Below are positions 20,131 to 23,633 of a DNA stretch of 23,633 nt, piece by piece; within the stretch, counting starts at the first letter, position 1, and every line of letters starts with the position of its first letter. The stretch lies in the NCBI GenBank assembly GCA_049472335.1, contig JBLIRO010000075.1, positions 1 through 23,633 of the forward strand, written 5' to 3'. The stretch comes from a bacterium. GTDB lineage: Bacteria > SZUA-182 > DTGQ01 > JAFGSM01. Under the pieces are notes generated by a model that had not been told where the DNA came from, ran no database searches, and saw only the letters and a list, made by a program, of their open reading frames with translations. Both the position numbers and the translations under genes were made by a program.

Positions 20131-20157
20131 TATATAAAATATACTATAATTTATATA
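20131..20157. promoter_or_regulatory. Inverted repeat upstream of vapB, probable TA autoregulation operator
   Basis: TATATAAA (20131-20138) and TTTATATA (20150-20157) immediately upstream of the vapB SD. AT-rich context lowers specificity. Confidence 0.45.
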
Positions 20158-20192
20158 TCAAATCAATATTTTTTTTTATTTCTCTAAATGAT

Positions 20193-20222
20193 TTGACAAA
20201 CATTCGCATCATGGCCTAATAT
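20193..20222 (+). promoter_or_regulatory. Sigma70-type promoter for rsmI
   Basis: TTGACA (20193-20198), 18 nt spacer, TAATAT (20217-20222); the ATG follows at 20230. Confidence 0.6.
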
Positions 20223-20229
20223 CAAAAAC

Positions 20230-20955
20230 ATGAACATGCCATTAGATAAAAAAGGGGAGCTTTTTGTTATCAGCACCCCCATTGGCAATCTGGAAGATAT
20301 CACTTTCAGGGCGATCGAGGTTTTGAAATCCGTAGACAGGATCGCGGCGGAAGATACCCGCAGGACAAGGTTGCTATTGAAAAGATTCAGTATATCCAAA
20401 CCTTTGATCAGTTATCATGATTTCAATAAACAAAGAAGATCGGCGCAAATACTTGAACATATCTCAAAAGGAGAATCGATCGGACTTGTCTGCGACGCAG
20501 GAACACCAGGAATATCAGACCCCGGATATTTCCTTATCTCTCAAGCCATCGATCATTCCATACCAATAGTTCCAATACCCGGGCCATCAGCTATTCTGAC
20601 GGGCCTCTCTGTCTCAGGGCTCCCAACGGACTCATTTGTCTTTGAAGGTTTTGTGGAGGCCAGGGCTTCCAAACGCAAAAAACAACTGGAGTTGTTAAAG
20701 GATGAAAAGAGAACGATTATAATGTTTGAATCCCCACATAGAATCCTGAAGAGCCTGGAAGCGATTTTGCATATTTTGGGCAACAGACAGATCTGTATCG
20801 CCAGGGAATTAACAAAAATATATGAGGAATGTATTAGGGGAGATGTTGAAACGGTTTTATGTCAATTAAAAAAACGAAAAAGTATTAAGGGAGAATTAAC
20901 CTTGATAATCAGGGGAAAGGGCAAAAGATTAAGAAGGGAAATCACTGCGAAATAA
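20230..20955 (+). CDS. rsmI: 16S rRNA Cm1402 2'-O-methyltransferase RsmI
   Basis: TPIGNLEDITFRA, AEDTR, DAGTPGISDPG, PIPGPSA, FESPHR, RELTK.YEE. Confidence 0.97.
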   Translation: MNMPLDKKGELFVISTPIGNLEDITFRAIEVLKSVDRIAAEDTRRTRLLLKRFSISKPLISYHDFNKQRRSAQILEHISKGESIGLVCDAGTPGISDPGYFLISQAIDHSIPIVPIPGPSAILTGLSVSGLPTDSFVFEGFVEARASKRKKQLELLKDEKRTIIMFESPHRILKSLEAILHILGNRQICIARELTKIYEECIRGDVETVLCQLKKRKSIKGELTLIIRGKGKRLRREITAK

Positions 20956-20974
20956 GGATATAAGAGGGTAATAA

Positions 20975-21499
20975 ATGATTAGGATAATGATAACAGGAAG
21001 CAAGCCAGGAATAGGTAAAACCGCATTTATTTGCAAACTTTTAAAGGCCATATCCGGATTTGCAGTCATCCGGGTTAACGAAAAAGGTGTTTTTACTTCC
21101 ATCAATTCTGAGGCCGAAGGGGAAGAACCTAATCTGCTTAGGGATAGCGGGGCCATACAGGTGATAGATATTCAGACAGATCCCAAAGATGTTACTGATG
21201 CTTTGGATCAAGCTCTATGCCTATTATCGCTACAGACAAAAGGGATTATAATTGAAGGAAATCTCACTCCTGATAATTTTCAATCAAATATAGTCATATT
21301 TCTGACAGATAGCCCTATCAATAATTCTGATCCCATTTTGAAGGCAGTGAATATAATTATTGTAGTCAAATGTAAAACAAAAGAGGATCTCGGGTGGAAA
21401 GACTCTATGAGTGTACCCGTATTCATCATGGATACAAAAAATACGGATGAAGCGGAATGGAAAAGATTTCTGGAAAATCTGATGCGACTGATTAATTAA
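20975..21499 (+). CDS. Small P-loop protein, MobB/SIMIBI-like, function unknown
   Basis: N-terminal Walker A-like TGSKPGIGKT, later IIIEGN; GAGG SD; follows rsmI on the same strand. Confidence 0.6.
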   Translation: MIRIMITGSKPGIGKTAFICKLLKAISGFAVIRVNEKGVFTSINSEAEGEEPNLLRDSGAIQVIDIQTDPKDVTDALDQALCLLSLQTKGIIIEGNLTPDNFQSNIVIFLTDSPINNSDPILKAVNIIIVVKCKTKEDLGWKDSMSVPVFIMDTKNTDEAEWKRFLENLMRLIN

Positions 21500-21518
21500 A
21501 ACCTAACATACCCTGAAC

Positions 21519-21953
21519 ATGATCCAATTTTAACTCTACTTTAAAGACAATCCCCCACCGGCATTTTCGGGAAATTTATCAATATGCTGTCATCCCATCT
21601 TTTTTCCAATGCATATCAGTGGCTCTGCCACAGCAGGAAGAATCATCCGCCTTCGTCTGACATTTGGGATTTACGTCGAATCTGGAAAGATCAGTCCAAG
21701 CTCATTATGGATACGTTTTGGCAGGGTGAATATTGCTTCGATGCACATAAAAAAGATCACCCTGTCCAAAGACCATAACCAATTTTATTAACAAAGCTCT
21801 CCGGCTTTATGAGCAGGAGCCGCCACACAGCAAACGTGGCGGCTTGGAGAGTATGTATCAAAGTGGGTCACATGGGCTGTGGCTGGTTTGCATGATAAAA
21901 ATCATCTTTTACTTGATGGATACGTATTCTTTTTCTCGTTGTTAAGCGGATAA
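21519..21953 (+). pseudogene. Reverse-transcriptase pseudogene: N- and C-termini fused, catalytic core deleted, several frameshifts
   Basis: NAYQWLCHSRKNHPPSSDIWDLRRIW...GEYCFD (21584-) resembles the N-terminus of a family of standalone bacterial RTs. From 21769, other frames give KTITNFINKALRLYEQEPP and RLGEYVSKWVTWAVAG, resembling the C-terminus of the same family. No YxDD motif lies between them. Recognised from memory of the family, not from a search. Confidence 0.65.
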
Positions 21954-22007
21954 CTTTGTTTGAACGTGCTGCATTGTCCTAGAACTATCTTCTGTGCTTG
22001 AGTCCAT
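21942..22007 (-). CDS. Putative 21-aa small ORF MDSSTEDSSRTMQHVQTKLSA
   Basis: AAGGAG (22020-22015) 7 nt before ATG 22007; TAA at 21944-21942. No recognised homology. Confidence 0.3.
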   Translation of the reverse strand: MDSSTEDSSRTMQHVQTKLSA

Positions 22008-22366
22008 TGGTATACTCCTTACGCTTCCAGTTCAATGCTTCCAATCCCATTTAACTGTTAATTGCCCCCTAACAGTAATCATTATACTCCATCGTTTTGT
22101 ACGTGGCTGTGCTAAGACGTTATCTGTAGCAGGTACCGCATGGTCCGGTTAAACCGCGCAATTCAACCTATACATGTCTTATAATAATCCTTTGCGCTAT
22201 GTATCGAAGTTAAACAGTGTACACGGGGACTGTAATACACCTGATCAACGACACCGTAGGTCGGATCTTGAACTGATCCGCACTCGCCTGAGTGTCAGCA
22301 TCCCCTTCCACACGCGGGCATTCCTTGGGCGATTGATATACAATATCTCACACCTAAGGTTAACCA

Positions 22367-22429
22367 TCATAATACGGGCTGTACCGGCAATATAGTTGCT
22401 CCGGCCTTTAATCTGGTTCTCGTTTTCAT
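22367..22429 (-). CDS. Putative 20-aa small peptide MKTRTRLKAGATILPVQPVL
   Basis: Strong SD GGAGGTGA (22444-22437) 7 nt before ATG 22429; TGA at 22369-22367. MKTxTxLKAG N-terminus resembles short leader-like peptides. Confidence 0.55.
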   Translation of the reverse strand: MKTRTRLKAGATILPVQPVL

Positions 22430-23011
22430 TCCTTTCTCACCTCCGTTTTATCACATCCATATTTCGTTGATTAACAATATCACCTAACGTTCCTGCGATC
22501 GCCACACGGTCTGATCTTTATTCCGGTGTGGTTCCATGCCTATCCTGGCTATTGAACAATCGCCAAATCTATCTGTTATAATAAACTATATAACGTTACG
22601 GCTTTGATATCCTTTTTAGTTGTTTATGTTCTGCCGCCCTCAAGCACCTCTGTATATGAGTAACCATACGGGGCACCTCTGCACACCAATCCGACTCTGT
22701 ATCCTATGGACGTTTCTTTGCCTACTCAAACCTGTCTGTGCGTTCATCTTAATAGACGTAAATGTTCAAAAAATTTCCCCCCTCTTCGAAATATTTATAT
22801 TATTAATTACACTAATTACACTTTAAGTGATAATAGCAAAATACAATTATCATATTATTGAGTCTAACATCATCCGCCAATCATTATTGTCTCACATTGA
22901 TTTCATATCAGTTTGTGCAAACATGCGCTCCGTTTATGTTCTGTTTTGCGGGTACCGGGGCCGGTTTGTCCGGCACGCTGCCTGTTGCTGCCGATCAAAC
23001 ATTATAGGTCA

Positions 23012-23082
23012 CACGAATGGGGTCAGCACGAATGGGTCAGCACGAATGGGTCAGCACGAATGGGGTCACACGAATGGGGTCA
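23012..23082 (+). repeat. Tandem array of five CACGAATGG(G)GTCA(G) units (14-15 bp) abutting the IS end
   Basis: Units start at 23012, 23027, 23041, 23055 and 23069, with no spacers. Preceded by the degenerate ATTATAGGTCA (23001-23011). Confidence 0.95.
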
Positions 23083-23242
23083 CCCATTAAAGGATTTGTC
23101 AAGTAAAAAGACACCTCTCCTATAAACAAGAAAAACTTTTCTTGACAAACAATCACTTCAGCGCACGGATTGTTTGATTTTTCTACTCGCACCCGTAATT
23201 TTCTTTTTTTTAGGTTACGTATTGGGCCTATAAGGCCGATTC

Positions 23243-23520
23243 GCACCAGTCACCCATAAGGATCAAGGCCAATATTATTTTATTTATGGCCTCTGGTCTT
23301 TGATAAAGACCCCAAAAAATCATCGGTGCCGTACCGTGTCCAATCGTTTTATTTAACAGATCTTATGGTTTTTAGCCAACCCCATAAAGGCTCGCGGCAC
23401 GGGCGAATCAATCCATCAAAGCAATCTGTGTCTGGAGTATAGTTGGGGTGGGACAGCTTTCCAATCAGGTCTTATGGCTTGGTTACCAACCCCACTTTTG
23501 GTTCACTGTCCTCAGCCCAG
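23243..23520 (-). ncRNA. Predicted bridge (seek) RNA of the IS110 element, with three stem-enclosed guide loops
   Basis: Stems GGACAG/CTGTCC, CGTGCCG/CGGTACG and GCACC/GGTGC each enclose two guide-like segments. Left guides of loops 1 and 2 match the flanking repeat, and the right guide of loop 3 matches the element end. Folded by eye only. Confidence 0.7.
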
Positions 23521-23525
23521 TTTAT

Positions 23526-23633
23526 TTAACCAAACAACATTTTTGGATCATATTCTATGTTGTCCCTCATAATATAATAAGTCGCCCTTGCCAGCTTATT
23601 GCTCAAAGCTTTGATAGCCAGCACATTGCCTCC
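23526..23633 (-). CDS. IS110-family transposase (recombinase), C-terminal 35 aa, rest outside the window
   Basis: Manual translation GGNVLAIKALSNKLARATYYIMRDNIEYDPKMLFG*, matching the IS110 C-terminal pattern A..A...KLAR..Y..........YD. Confidence 0.85.
   Translation of the reverse strand, partial: GGNVLAIKALSNKLARATYYIMRDNIEYDPKMLFG

Larger units (their letters stand above)
23080..23633 (-). mobile_element. IS110-family (IS1111-like, downstream non-coding end) insertion sequence, 3' part
   Basis: Transposase C-terminus, ~445-bp structured non-coding end, outward TTGACA (23102-23097) near the terminus, and a terminus (TCACCCAT) matching an internal guide segment. Confidence 0.8.

Noticed and set aside
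20184..21156. Minus-strand ORFs 20184-20399, 20553-20783 and 20929-21156
   Set aside because: Antisense shadows of rsmI and the P-loop gene.
22174..22826. Plus-strand ORFs 22174-22395 and 22620-22826
   Set aside because: No SD or recognisable motifs; the better-supported signals in this region are on the minus strand.
23012..23082. Tandem repeat considered as a CRISPR array
   Set aside because: Units are 14-15 bp, directly adjacent with no unique spacers, and there are no cas genes in the window.
22827..23246. ORFs 22827-23090, 22913-23125 and 23037-23246
   Set aside because: Their repetitive peptides (HEWG, TNG) simply translate the tandem array and the IS non-coding end; no convincing SD or homology.
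21500..23250. Group II intron around the RT relic (several GTGCG on the minus strand)
   Set aside because: The GTGCG hits are on the strand opposite the RT and inside the IS end. I could not find a domain V/VI structure after the RT C-terminus.

Overview
About 19 kb of this window (minus strand) is a complete, canonically ordered bacterial dcw cluster: mraZ-rsmH-ftsL-ftsI-murE-murF-mraY-murD-ftsW-murG-murC-murB-ddl-ftsQ-ftsA-ftsZ. After ftsZ come a UPF0280/ApbE-like gene and the 5' end of an ECF-transporter T gene. Upstream of mraZ are a sigma70-type promoter overlapped by MraZ boxes, a tandem pair of NrdR-box-like sites, a vapBC module, a divergent (probably leaderless) rsmI and a small P-loop protein. 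The last ~2.1 kb is an accessory patch that the ORF track largely misses. It holds an internally deleted reverse-transcriptase pseudogene, two minus-strand small ORFs with strong Shine-Dalgarno sites, a 5-copy 14-15 bp tandem array, and the 3' end of an IS110/IS1111-type element. The long downstream non-coding end of that element reads as a bridge RNA with apparently two target-binding loops and one donor-binding loop. Its left target guides match the adjoining tandem array, and its right donor guide matches the element's own terminus. All family assignments come from motif recognition by eye; no searches or folding programs were run.
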